Shown here: one piece after another, positions 1 through 13,024 of the stretch
How positions within the stretch are numbered: the stretch's first letter is position 1
Layout: every line of letters begins with the position of its first letter
Assembly (NCBI RefSeq): GCF_009914755.1
Contig: NC_060929.1
Source: the human T2T-CHM13v2.0 reference genome, Homo sapiens
Reading direction: 5' to 3' (one strand)
Length of the DNA: 64,000 bases
Position numbers and translations under genes: made by a program
Notes under the pieces: generated by a model
What the model was told of the DNA's origin: nothing
Seen by the model: only the letters and a program-made list of their open reading frames with translations
Database searches by the model: none

Positions 1-193
<193 letters not shown>

Positions 194-1859
194 TCAGGAC
201 AGGAATCCAGGATGACTTTACTATATTTGAACCATAGAACATTAACCAAAATCTTATTTTTCTTCCCCTCAGTAGTTTGAAGTTGAGCAATATCTGTGTC
301 TTTTGCATCACACTCTGAAATTGCAAATTATTTCTTGTCCTTTCAGATAAATGATTATGCAAAAGAAGCCCAGAACTGGCACAATTTAGAAGGTTTGAGG
401 TTGCTCTCATGTGTTTGTAGGGTATGCTATCATCATCCCATAGCCTAAGGCTGTAGTATTGGACTCTCTGGAAGCAGCTCTGAATGTGATAGGATGGAGA
501 TAATTGAAGATACAAGCAGCCATTATGTGTCTGAATATTGGTTTACTAGAAGAGCTAGATGTGTAGGAGCACATCCTTACTTGACAAATGTCTGACAGAA
601 TGACCTGGCACCATTACTGTTTTAAATGTGTAATATGCTATCTCAACTGGGACATTTTATGAAAGCTATAGGTTGTGACCTACTGTTCATTACACTTAGT
701 TTCTGAGGTGCCAAAGACTGATGTGTGAGCCAAAGTTCATTATTGTTCTTCACTGGATCTTTGCATTTATTAGTCTGATGTTAATGGGATTCGCTCTTGA
801 GTTGGATTGATGTTCAAGGTTAGAGCCACAGATGAGCTCCTGATCTTGACCAGAAATGATTTGCCCATTGCCAATTAGAAGAAGAAAAGGGCAAGGTGGA
901 GGTTGAACTTGGAGTTAATAGGAATAATAGATGCTGAGGGTGCAAGATGAAACTCAGTAAGATAATACACTCTATTCTTAGACTGGCAAATTTACATAGT
1001 AAAGAGAACTTTTATCATTGTCATCCAAAGAAAATATAATCCTAAGAGAAAAAGTCCAGCTAGTTTTTTTTTTCTTTTTTGTTACCTGCTCATAGGATAT
1101 AAACTTATTTCTATCACACACAGGTATCATTTTCTACACTTAAAACACTTCTTCTATTTCACACAAATGACAAAAAATGTCCTTCAATTATTTTGACACA
1201 CGATCTCTCAAGATACATATCGTTTTATATCAACTATAAATACAAATTTAAAATTTTGATAAAAGAGAAATAACTGGAATAAAACAAAGCAGTATTTTTT
1301 AAAACTATAGCTTTTCCCCTAAGATATTCTCACACTAAAGAATTTTTCCCAATTCTTCTCCCCCACTGAGAAGTACAGTCTTCAAAAATTAGTCCAGGTA
1401 TTAGTGTTTACCAAGGAGGAATATTTTGAACAAGAATAATCTGATGCTACTTTTCATTTGTCAAGTACATTTTCTAAATTATATTCTAATAAGAGAGAAT
1501 ATGCACATTTGCATGTCATGATTCTTATAAATATTTACTGAGTACTGTCTCTCTGTAAAGAACTACAGTGGGATGGATTTAAGATATATAATACATAATT
1601 TTTCATCTTCAAATTGTTCACGTTTTGTAGAGATAGTAACTTGTGCATAAATGACTAGAATGTTAAGTTGCTAAGTGACAAGTGACAAAAATGTTTAACC
1701 TGTAAAATCTTCCCCTTGGGAAATTGAGGAATAAAAACTTCCAACTAAAGGAACAAAGATTGTCATGAGCAAAGTTGTATAAAAAATAAATTAAATGTAG
1801 GATAATAAAGGTAGTGTATTAAAGTGAGAAGGGTTAGGGTTTCTTAGGTGACAGACTGG

Positions 1860-2015
1860 CTTGATTTTGTGACTTGTGTGATGGTAGCAAGTTATGTAAC
1901 ACCTCTGAGTTTCCATATCTTCATCTGTGAAGTAGACATAGCTGAACCAACCACATGGAATTGTTGCGAGGGTGAAATGCAATGGTGTGTGCAAGTTTCT
2001 AGGCAGTGTTGGACT
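1860..2015 (+). mobile_element. MIR fragment
   Basis: GCAAGTTATGTAACACCTCTGAGTTTCCATATCTTCATCTGTGAAGTAG...GGAATTGTTGCGAGGGTGAAATG resembles the MIR core. Confidence 0.65.
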
Positions 2016-2659
2016 GGATCTACTATTACGCTATACAAATGATACTTAGAATTTTTACAGTTATGCTTAATATTGTCATAATTCCAGGAAATGAGAAAAA
2101 TCTCAGCAGAGGTACAAAACGGGCAAGCTCTGGGAAAAATGATCTTAGTGGGTTTATTTCAAAGGATGCTTGAAAGTGATCTGTGGAAAACAAAATTGAC
2201 AAAAAGTGCATGTTGAAATGGAAATTAACGGGTCTTTGAATGTTAAGAGAAAGATAGCGGGCATGCTCTTTCATCTGTCTATCCCTGGCCCTTAGCATGC
2301 CTGGTGCTTTTCAGTGCTCCAGCTTTACGTGTTTAATCGTTTTTGTTTCATTCGAAATAAATGTTCTCATAGATATAGAAAACCAGCAGGCAATAAAATA
2401 TATATTCTGAGCTGTGATTTAGTGGTATTATTACTTAGCAACAGTGTGTAGGATGAATTACAGAAAGCAAAAGTAGGGCATAATTATAATCACTAAGACT
2501 AATTATCAATATAAACTTTTGCCAGAACAATTGTAAATATATGGAGAGGTGATGCACATGAAAAACACATTAAAATACCCTAGGATTTTGCCAAAATAAG
2601 CTGTGTAATAAAACAAAGGGAGAAGAAATTGAAGAATATGATGAAGTTTAAATTGAGGT

Positions 2660-3110
2660 TCAAGGTGTTTTGCATGAAGAAAGATGAGAAATTTAAATTT
2701 GAGATATGATGAGTTTATGGTAGGAAATTGAGATACCATATTTTGCCAGTTGGACTAGACCTCACAAAAAGACTCAAAATAAGTATGCAGAACGCATTAG
2801 TTTAGATATATTTGAAGAGACCATGGGAAAAAAAGGAAAAAGGGAGGAGTTTAAAGAGTCAAACAAAAAGATGATGGAAAGGCAGTGGGAGACATAAAAG
2901 GGAACCAGAAATCTTAAGAGGAGAAAGTGTTCTGAAGAAACACACAAAGTCAATTACTTAAAAAGTTGAGAATCACTGGCAGTGCTGGATGATCGTGACT
3001 TTTTTCTCTATTTCAGTAAGCGGGCGATGGACATTAGAATGCAAGAGATGGATGAGGTATGGAAGTAGAAGGAATAAATGTCAACTATTATTTTAAAACA
3101 TTTGCACAGA
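2660..3110 (-). mobile_element. L2 fragment (highly decayed)
   Basis: Purine-rich tract with GAAATTTAAATTTGAGATATGATGAGTTT...CAGTTGGACTAG, resembling antisense L2. Confidence 0.45.
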
Positions 3111-3369
3111 AAGCAAAGTAGGATAAGAGCTTAAAAATAAAGGTTCTGTTTATTTTCATTTTGTAGTCGTAGGGAAAATGTGGGCATGTTAAAAGAAAAG
3201 CTGAGTGTAAAAAGGGAATGAGAGGACAAATTGAAATAGACATGGGTTCAAATCCCAGATCCCACTGGACATCTCTGAGGCTTACTAGACATCATCTGTA
3301 AATATAAGATAAACACCTAATATAAAATGTGTTCAGCTATAAGAAGTTTGAGTTAGTGTATATGATTTT

Positions 3370-4160
3370 TAGAAAATCAATTTATCATATACAATAAAAC
3401 ATATATTAAATTAGACAGTTTGATGCATATTGACAATTGTATATCCCCTGCACATTTCCATCATATATGAAAACTTCTCACATGCCCTCACCATCTCAAT
3501 CCCTGATCACAGGCAACCACTGATGGAGGTTCTGTCATTATGTACAGGATATATCTTTTCTAAATTTTGTATAAGTGACATCATACATGTGCATTATTTT
3601 GTTTCTGTCTTCTTTATCTCAGCATCTTGTTTTTTGAAATTTGTTCTTATTGAGTACATCAGTGGTCAGCTCCTTATTATTGCTTAGTGTATTTCATTTT
3701 AAAAGTATAATTATTACATATTGTGTGGAAAGATTTAAACATTCAGAAAATATAAAACTCAGTGCAACTATTTTTTCCTACTCTTCATGTATTATAATTC
3801 AGTCTTTTTGATAATTTTATATATATAGAAGGTATGATATTTATATTACATTTAAAATTTAGTACAACTTTTATTAAAGTGTACATATTATTTATACAAT
3901 GCTTTTTTCTTTTCTATATCTATACAGCTTACCCATTTTTGAGAAGGCTGCATTTTTTTCTATAACATGTATATGTTGTACTTTACTTGTCTATATCCCC
4001 ATTAAGAGATATGTTGCTTCCAGGTTTCATTATTATAAATACTGTTTCAGTGAACAGCTTTCAATATACATCTTTGTGCCCATGTGACAATAAAAGTATT
4101 TTTGTATGCATCTGCAAGTATAATAGTTATAGTGTCCATGCATTTTCAATTGGGTAGTTG
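3370..4160 (-). mobile_element. Old L1 (L1MC/ME-type) 3' end fragments
   Basis: CAGGCAACCACTGAT...ATAAGTGACATCATACATGTGCATTATTTTGTTTCTGTCTTCTTTATCTCAGCAT and TTGCTTCCAGGTTTCATTATTATAAATACTG are antisense L1M 3' motifs. Confidence 0.65.
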
Positions 4161-4294
4161 TTTCAAAATAGCCCTACATTTTTCAAATAATTCTAATTCA
4201 AAGGACTGCTCCCCTTTCAAACCTGGTAAATATTGAAGTCCTTAATGCTTTTGCCAGAATTAGGCTGAATTGACAGAGCACTGATATGTAGAAG

Positions 4295-4357
4295 ATATAT
4301 ATATATATACATGTATATTATATATATAATATATTATAAATATAATATATATATATA
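4295..4357. repeat. (TA)n-rich simple repeat
   Basis: Directly visible imperfect TA run. Confidence 0.85.
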
Positions 4358-4499
4358 AAATTCTTAAAATTTAGCAAGTAACTGAACAACAAAAATGACA
4401 GATAAAAGAAGCAGGTCATGCATAGCCTATCTGCCTGAGATTTATTTAACCCTTCTTCAGAAGAGGCTTTGATTCTTGTCTCTCTGTGTCTACCTATAG

Positions 4500-4720
4500 A
4501 CAGCATTTCTCCCAGGAAGCTTGCCCTGACCTCCTAGAATTGGTTATGTACCATTTATATATTTTTCATATTCCACTGTACATAACTCATAACAGAAATT
4601 ATCACAAGGGAACAGCTGTGGTGTTATTGTTATGTCTAGCTATCCAGCTATCATCTTCACCAGACTGTAAGCTCCTTGAAGGCAGAAGCCAGATTTATCT
4701 TCATGACCTCTGTGTTTTAG
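4500..4720 (+). mobile_element. L2 3' fragment
   Basis: CTCCCAGGAAGCTTGCCCTGACC...CACCAGACTGTAAGCTCCTTGAAGGCAG. Confidence 0.65.
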
Positions 4721-5599
4721 ATGAGGTCTCAGAGATAGAGGTCAGAATTTTCCCTCTAGGTAAATTAATTAGATTAACCTCAACTTATACAAAACAGTAG
4801 TCATTAAATTTATCCCCAGCCATCAGGAGCTTAACTACTCTGGAGAGAGAGCCAGGTGTTGGAGTAGGCAATTAAGACATCAAGACAAAAGGACATTAAC
4901 AAACCTTTGAGGTTAAACTGGAAAAAGCCCTGACGGTCCAGTCCCCATCCTTTTTTTCCTTCATGAAACAGCTCTATCAAGGATCACATGGGTCAGCACA
5001 GATGTGGAGTTGTCTCACTATCAAAGGAACCCTGAACAACAGGCTCCTGCCTGCAGTTTTATGGAAGGTCAGGAAAAGGCTGGGAGCGGAAAAGCACTGA
5101 GTATTGAATCAGAAGGAAGACAATTGTCTTCAAGACTCCTCCTCCTCTCCCCATGAAAAGGAGGTCTTGGGCAAACATGCCTGGGGAAGGTCTGCCAAGG
5201 TCCCACAGTGGAGAGGCCTCCAGGGGAGGCACCAGTCAAGTGATGCTGATCTGTGTGTGAGCATGGCCCTGCAGCCCTTACTGAAACTGCCATTAGAGGA
5301 CTATGCACTAGTGTGGGGAGGGCAGCTCTCCCTGTGGGACCCACTTGGTCAAGTCTTTGTCATTGTTTATGGATGGGCCCAAAAATCACATATAGGATTG
5401 AGTCTGGGGCTGAACTCTTTACTGCTCTGTCTGTATTCCCTGTCTTGGTTGACACCTAATACATGACTAAGAAACTAAGAAATCATTTTAGACGTCGTTT
5501 TTGTGTCTGTGTTTTATGCTTTGTTGGCTTGAAAACTTCATCCAATAAAACTTTAGTTATTTTTATTACCATTTCTTCCTTTATGACCCCACAGCATCC

Positions 5600-6660
5600 T
5601 CCATGTGCCAGGGTCCAAATCATCTTTAACCCGGACTATTCTATCAGTACCCAAATATATTCTTTCATCAAAATATATTCTTTCTCTTCTCTGGCTGTAA
5701 TCTCATTCATTTCCAGGCTACTTCTTTTCAAACTAAAAAGCAAATATAATCACACTATTCTCTTTCTTCAAACACTTTCCCAATTCCTAGAGTAAAATCC
5801 CCCTTTTATAACATATAAGGCCTCAGTGACCTACCCTCAGGACTTCTTTAATTATTCTCCCATATTGTCCTATTATGTACCTGTTCCATCATCCTTACAA
5901 CCCTCAGAACTCCCTAATCTGTTTTAATGCCACATTGTTATGCTCTTAATTTCCTTTGATAAAATGATTCTTTCCATTCATAAACTAGTTGATTACCACA
6001 ACTTCTTAAGTATTCTATTGAAGTTTATCTTATTAGTCCATTTCACACTGCTATAAAGATACTACCTGAGAATGGATAATTTATAAACAAAAGAGGCTTA
6101 CTTGACTCACAATTCCACATGGCTGAACTTATAAGTGAACTTATAATTAAACTTATAATCATGGTGGAAGGTGAAGGGAAAGAAAGGCAAGTCTTACACT
6201 GTGGCAGGTAAGAGAGAGAGCATGCAGGGGAAACTGCCACTTATAAAACCATCAGATCTCCTGAGAACCCCCTCACTATCACAAGAACAGCATAGAAAAC
6301 CACCCTTTTGAGCTAATCACCTCCCACCAGGTCCCTCCCCATGACACATGGGGATTACAATTCGAGTTGAGATTTGGGTGGGGACACAGAGCCAAATCAT
6401 AACATGTATCTTCTTTGCCAAGATTTTCCTTACAACGCAAAGTAGATTGACATATTTTAATTTCTTCCATCCCACCCCACCATAATATTCTTACCTCTAT
6501 GACAGTGCTCATCAAAATTTGTAGCTATTATTTGTTTAAATGACTTCATTATGCTTCTTAAGAGGCATAAACTTTCTGCTATATTCATCTTTGTATGCCT
6601 GTCACACATTACATTGGCTGAGACAAGGTAAATATTTAATACATATCTATTAAATAAGAA
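5600..6660 (+). mobile_element. L2 fragment interrupted by a THE1 LTR
   Basis: AAAAAGCAAATATAATCACACTATTCTCTTTCTTCAAACACTTT before the LTR and an L2-like terminus (AAGGTAAATATTTAATACATATCTATTAAATAA) after it. Confidence 0.5.
6029..6404 (-). mobile_element. THE1 (THE1D-like) MaLR solo LTR
   Basis: TATTAGTCCATTTCACACTGCTATAAAG...GAGATTTGGGTGGGGACACAGAGCCAAATCATAACA; imperfect 5-bp TSD TTTAT/TGTAT. Confidence 0.9.
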
Positions 6661-6775
6661 ACTTAAAAAAATAAAAGAGTGAATGAATAACTGTATCTAG
6701 GAAGTATGAAAGTGTCTTATCTTTTAGCATTTTTCATCAAGGAATTAAGAAATGTGTGGGGAAAAAGTTAAGAGG

Positions 6776-7576
6776 CCCCAGTTAAAATGGCTTTTATCCC
6801 AAATTCAGGCAATAACAAAAGTTGGCGAGGATATACAGAAAAAGGAACCCTTGCACACTGTCAGTGGGAATGTACATTAGTATGACCCTTAAGGAGAACA
6901 GTCTGGAGGTTTCTCAAAAAGCAAAAATTGAGCTATCATATGATCCAGCAATCCCACTCCTGGGTGTATAACCAAAAGAAAGGACATAGTATATCAGAGA
7001 GATATCTGCACTCCATGTTTATTTCAGCACTACTCACAATAGCCAAAATTTGGAATCAACCTAAGTATCCATCAAGAGATGAATGAATGAAGAAAATATA
7101 GTACATATACAAAATGGAATACCATTCAGCCATAAAAAACAATGAGTTCCTGTCATCTGCTACAATGTGGATAGAACTGGAGGTCATTATGTTAAGTGAA
7201 ACAAGCCAGGCGCAGAAAGACAAACTTCGGATGCTCTCACTTATTTGTGGGAGCTAAGGCTTAAAACAATTGAACTCATGGAGATAAACAGTATAAAGGT
7301 TAACAGGCTGAGAAGGGTAGTGAGGGTTTGGGAGGAAAGCGGGGCACACTAATAGGTACAAAAACATAGTTAGAAAGAATGAATAAGACCTAGCATTTGC
7401 TAGCACAACAGGGTGACTATAGTCAAAAATAATTTAATCGTACATTTAAAAATAACTAGAAGAGTATAATCAGATTGTTTGTAACACAAAGGATAACTGT
7501 GTGAAGTGATGCATATTCAATTTACCCTGATGTGATTATTATGCATGTATCAAAACATCTCATGTACTCCATAAAT
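6776..7576 (+). mobile_element. L1MA-type (L1MA2/3-like) ORF2 end and 3' UTR
   Basis: ATGATCCAGCAATCCCACTCCTGGGT, TGGAATCAACCTAAG, AGCACAACAGGGTGACTATAGTC. Confidence 0.9.
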
Positions 7577-7696
7577 TTTCAAAAGAAGTATGTATAGCAT
7601 AATGCTTAAAATAATATACTGTAATAGTCTACAACTTGGCAAGAAATTAAGCTTTCGTTTATTTTTGTCACAACAGGTATACTACATGCAGATTAA

Positions 7697-7700
7697 AATA

Positions 7701-7753
<53 letters not shown>
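7697..7753. repeat. (TA)n microsatellite
   Basis: Long perfect TA run visible. Confidence 0.95.
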
Positions 7754-7755
<2 letters not shown>

Positions 7756-7997
7756 ATTTATCTTTTAAGGGCATTTTTCATAACCTTGAAATATAAACAA
7801 TAAAAATTATGAAGCAATAATTTATTTTTTTTAAAAAATCCACTTGCCAAACAAACAAGATACTCCTTCCAGGATGTCAGTAATATCAAGATAAAATGCC
7901 AGAGAATTTTAGCTGAGTATAGTAAATCAAACAGCTAATTTTTAACTTTGATGGAGGAGAAAATTAGATAAATTCTGAAAATTCATCCATCATTTTT

Positions 7998-8513
7998 AGA
8001 GCACTAACCTTATGTCGCTGCCAACAGAGTTGTAATGGGCTTTCTCGTTCATCTAGTTGGTTTTAGTTTTTTTCTGTTCCAGCAGACCTTCCTCGCTCTA
8101 GTCCTATAGGACCCTATCTGTCCCTATCTGTCCCTGTCTGTTCCTCCAAATCTCTCCTAGTCTTTGCTAGTCTCTACTTTTGTACCTCTTTAGGACACAG
8201 ACCAGTACCTCTTCAGGGCACTGACCTTATATTGCTAGTCTTTATCTATTCCTATCTGTCTCTGTCTGTCCCTATGGTACCTGTTAGTTCCTGCAAGTCC
8301 CCGTCTTTCCCTACCTATCTCTACTTTTCTCTACTTACTTATCTCTACTTACTTTTCTGTACTTACCTCCACTTATCTCTGTTTATCCCTGCAGGCCTCT
8401 TCAGGTCCCTCCAGGTCCTTTCAGGTCTCTGTATGTCCCTGATAGTCTCTGAAATGTCCCTGTTCAGGCACCATTTGTAGTTGACTGTCACTGCTACTAC
8501 ATGAGACCATCAC
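7998..8513 (-). mobile_element. Class II (HERV-K/HML-like) ERV fragment: LTR 3' tip, tRNA-Lys3 PBS and repetitive leader
   Basis: Minus strand reads ...CAACTACA AA TGGTGCCTGAACAGGGAC (PBS 8456-8473), equal to the Lys3 PBS TGGCGCCCGAACAGGGAC with two CpG transitions; donor-like AGGTCAGT and AGGTTAGT downstream. Confidence 0.75.
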
Positions 8514-8759
8514 AAGTATGTTGAATTGAGCCTGGAACTCCTAGATGATAAACATTTTTTTATACCAACCTTCAACTTTTTCATTAAAATTAGATTGGGT
8601 AGATACTATAAATAGTGTCCCAAGCACTAGTGGAAAGATTCTACCATGTCTTACACTGGTTACTATGAGTTTGGAGTCAGAGGTATAAGGCTTGAAGAAA
8701 AAAGCACAATGAAATACAATTTTATCCACCAATCTGACATTTTTAAGTTTTAGGAAAAT

Positions 8760-8946
8760 TGTGTCTTAATTCAAGCTGCTATAACAACAACAAAAACAAC
8801 ATACACTGACTGGTTTAAACAATAGAAATTTACTTCTCGGAGTTCTGGAGGCTGAGAGTCCAAGATAAAGGTGCCAGTCAATGGTTACAGGTAAAACCTC
8901 CATTCCTTGTCATGTCCTCATAAAGAGACAGAGAGAGAGACCAGAC

Positions 8947-8981
<35 letters not shown>

Positions 8982-9092
8982 CTCATGACCTAATTATTTC
9001 CCAAAGGCCCTGTTTCCAAATATCATCTCAGTGGAATTAGGGTTTTAACATACAAATTTTGGGGGCGACGCAAGTATTTTTAGTCCATACCA
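8760..9092 (-). mobile_element. MLT1A-like MaLR solo LTR with internal (GA)n
   Basis: GCTGCTATAACAA...AGAAATTTACTTCTCGGAGTTCTGGAGGCTGAGAGTCCAAGATAAAGGTGCCAG...AAATTTTGGGGGCGAC. Confidence 0.85.
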
Positions 9093-12000
9093 AGTTAGAT
9101 GCAACTTTACCAAAATTATTGTGGGTAATTTGACAAGGTAAGAGAGGTCAGTGAAACGCAAATTATATGATAACTTCTTGGTGCTCAGGCAGTATACCTG
9201 CCAGGTTGTCTCCTGGCTAGAGGAATGAAACAAGTAGTATTCAACAAGACTTTGGTAGTGAGTAAAACATGGCATATAAGTTGTTTTTTGTGGGAATGAC
9301 ATAGTCTAAATATTATTTTGATGACATACCTGTGTATTGACCTCTCTTGCATCAAAATGACATAAACATGGAGAAATAATTCTGAAAGTCAGCAGGAACT
9401 TGCAACTCACTTCTGGGAGGGGACCACTTAGGGGAACTATGATATTAGACTGTGGCAATGTCGACCTCCACACAGGAGGAAAGAGTAGTCACATACCCTA
9501 AATCTTGCGTAACGTGGTGTCTTAAAATTTCAATAAATCTACTGAGTTAAATTAACAGCAAAGCAGAAAAATTTGCCAAAGCTATTTATAGCTCCATTAA
9601 AATGGAAGACAAGTTAAGAAAATGTGTGTTCTAAATAATCATGTCAGAAGTTAGTGTTTCCTTCAAATATAATCATAGGCCTAAGAATTTTTATCCAAGA
9701 TTGATGAAATTTTATTTTACGCAACAATAAATGGAACACAAAGGCTGCACATCATTTTTTTGTCTTCTGTACATATCACTAAAAAAAAAAAGCATCAAAC
9801 TAAAACAATGAATATAATATTAAATAGGGATTTGTTAATTGCTAATATTTTTAATATAGAGAAAGAATAATGTTTAATGATTAATTACAAAATTGATGAA
9901 CTAGAATAGTGAGAAATCAAGGAGAGCTGAAATTTATGGAACTTTATGATAAACTAATAAAGGACAATTTTATTCCTAGCATTTTAATTATTTGCTTTAT
10001 CATTGCATTTTAAATGCAATTATCAAAAATAAAGGTTATAACTAAGAATTTCAAAAATTCTAATTATAGCAGAATTGGTAACAAAGAATTGAATACAGAG
10101 GGTGAATCTTATATTGCTTTATTATTATTAAAACTAAGGAAATATTTAGAATTTTGTGTACTAATTTAGCTACGAAGGAAAAGGAGGGCGTCATCATTTT
10201 AAAAATGTTTCCACATTGTCTACAGAAGCCTAGATTATTAAAAAAAAGAGTGGCCTCAGATAGATATCTGATTGGAATACACTACAAAATCTAGTAGTCA
10301 ACTTGTTAAGATATCTGAAGATTCCATTTAAGACAGATTGTGAAAAAATATACTGGAAGAAATAGATTTTATTTAATATCCTTAAACATAAAACTTTGTT
10401 ACCTTCTAAAACACTATATTTAGTTTTATTTCTATTTTATAATATTGTATATGATGTGCTTTCTTTTCCAGGTAAAACTAACAAAAGACAATAAAATGTT
10501 ATTAACTTGAGTTATGGTTAAAGTAGAAGAGCTGTGGATATTACACTACATGAAAAAAAATTCTTCCACAGATATTATTTGTGTATGCATACATCGATAG
10601 AGATACACATAGATAGATACAGATACAGATAGATATCGATATAGATATAGACTTGGCTATAGAGACTGTGGGTTTTTTAATACAGCAAGAAAAGAGAAAT
10701 ATTTATTTACACTGGATCAACAAAGGAACTAGGCTATTAACTCAGATTGTAATAGTCTAAAATTTTTCCAAAAATTAGGAAAAATAAAATATTTATATGA
10801 ATTTTACCTGGAAGTGTTTCAAAATAGTTTGCAAAGAGTGAGAATGAATTTCAACTTGTGAGTAAAGGGTAAAACTGAAATGAAAGTTAAAACAAATAGT
10901 TTCCCCCTTTCATTATTAGATCATGATTTATTGAAAACAATCTTGATTGTTAAATATTGATTAAAATTAATGAAGGTGCAGAGTTCCTAAGACCTTGTCA
11001 TTTGAACGTTATGAATATCTTCACAATGAAAACATTATTCGTGTTATTTATGTGAGCTTATATGTACTTTTCCGCATAAATAATTTGTACTCTTAGTTAG
11101 AAACAAATGAACTATGGCTTTTGGTGTGGTTTTGTTTATTTATGAATAAACATTAAGAACTGTGCTTATGAAATTTTCAGGAAATATACTGAATGCTTTA
11201 ATGTACTCTGTAACATTGCAACATATAATTTCCCCTCTTCCCTCACTTTTTGATGTAGCTATCATTGCTTTGAGTTTTTATTTACTGGTTATTTTAAAGA
11301 GCTTAATGGTCTCATTTACTTAAAAGTGGAATAATATTGGACTACTATTTTCTTTTTTTAACCTCTCTAGGTCATTCTACAGTCATTACCTTCCAGCCTA
11401 TTTGTTTCTGCAGAATCTACGTATGTAATACCTATAAATTTTCTTTTCATATTTGTTCACTCATCCACATCATTAATAAAGTTATTAAGTGAAGACGAAC
11501 CCAGCAGTAGCACTCCCTTACCACCTTGAAATATTGTGCTGATGTAGAGGTTGTATCTGATTTAATTCTTCAAGGATTATTAATGTATGTGGAACTAGCT
11601 TTTCAGCCATGGAAATCTTTAGTACGTATTTAAGAAAAAGTGATTTAATGCTCAGTAGGGAAATGTTGTCCAAAACAGTGCCTGAAAAAAGCAGGTATGT
11701 GTCCACATTGGGCACACTGCAGGTGGGGTATATTGTTGAGATAGGAAGGAAAAATAAAATGTGAGAAAAGGCAAGAGACAGAAAACAAAGTGCAGGTCGG
11801 GAAGAGACAACTTTAACTTCCACCATTTGTTAATCAATTCTGAAATATTTTCATTTTTACAGCCTAAAATTATGCATGTGTTGGCATTTTTTTAAATGGA
11901 TGATATTACAGTTTTCATTCAAGCATTGGTATAGAGCCTAACCTTTTGTTATGGATGAGATGTTTAGATTGTTAATCTGGAAAATCTATTTTCCTGTTAT

Positions 12001-12713
12001 TGAAGTCACATATATACATATATGTATATATACTTTTATATATGTGTCTATATATAGTAAAAATGTGTATATTTATTTTAAAAAGTATTTTGGTTCATGT
12101 TTTTGTTCTTAATGTTGTCCTACTAAAATTACTTAATCATAAATCTTTCTACTAACAGTAAGGCAGAAACAGAGTAACAAGGGATTTTTTTTTTCTATTA
12201 AACTGAAGACAGAGAAGTTTGGTATTTATTTTTACCTAATATAGCAAACTTCAAAAAACAATCTATTTCAATAAAAATATTTTCCCCAGCTACAGAAATA
12301 AACAAGGGATAATATATAATCTAAAAATGTAATGGAAGAAAAGGCACAGCATTAAGAGATTGCCTTATTTTCCTTTCTAGCACATCTTGCTCTTAAAATA
12401 TCCATGAGTCTATAAAGGGTGCTATTTACAAGGATCAGTTTCCCTGTATTTCTGGGTTGAATGATCCTCTACTTTTACTATCCTTTGCTAAACATGACAA
12501 AATAAGAAAATAAAAGATAAATATGAGATGAAGACCTCAAATGACATCAATTTCATTGCCTCTAAAAAGTTGTGATGATGAATGTTACCACTACTCAACT
12601 GAGTTTATGAAAAGGCAAATATACTTTTAAAAATGTAGGGGTGCTTATACAAAGACTTATGTGTTTACGTTTACTTTTTTTATAAAGCTGATTTAATCAA
12701 AAGATTTAGTTAA

Positions 12714-13024
<311 letters not shown>

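Noticed and set aside
347-392. Possible exon reading INDYAKEAQNWHNLE
   Set aside because: Good acceptor but weak donor (GTTTGA) and no recognised protein.
5069-5466. Overlapping 68-120 aa ORFs in a GC-richer patch
   Set aside because: No recognisable homology or splice context; consistent with chance.
8456-8473. tRNA-Lys gene
   Set aside because: Only the 18-nt 3' end including CCA is matched, in retroviral PBS context; no cloverleaf or Pol III boxes.
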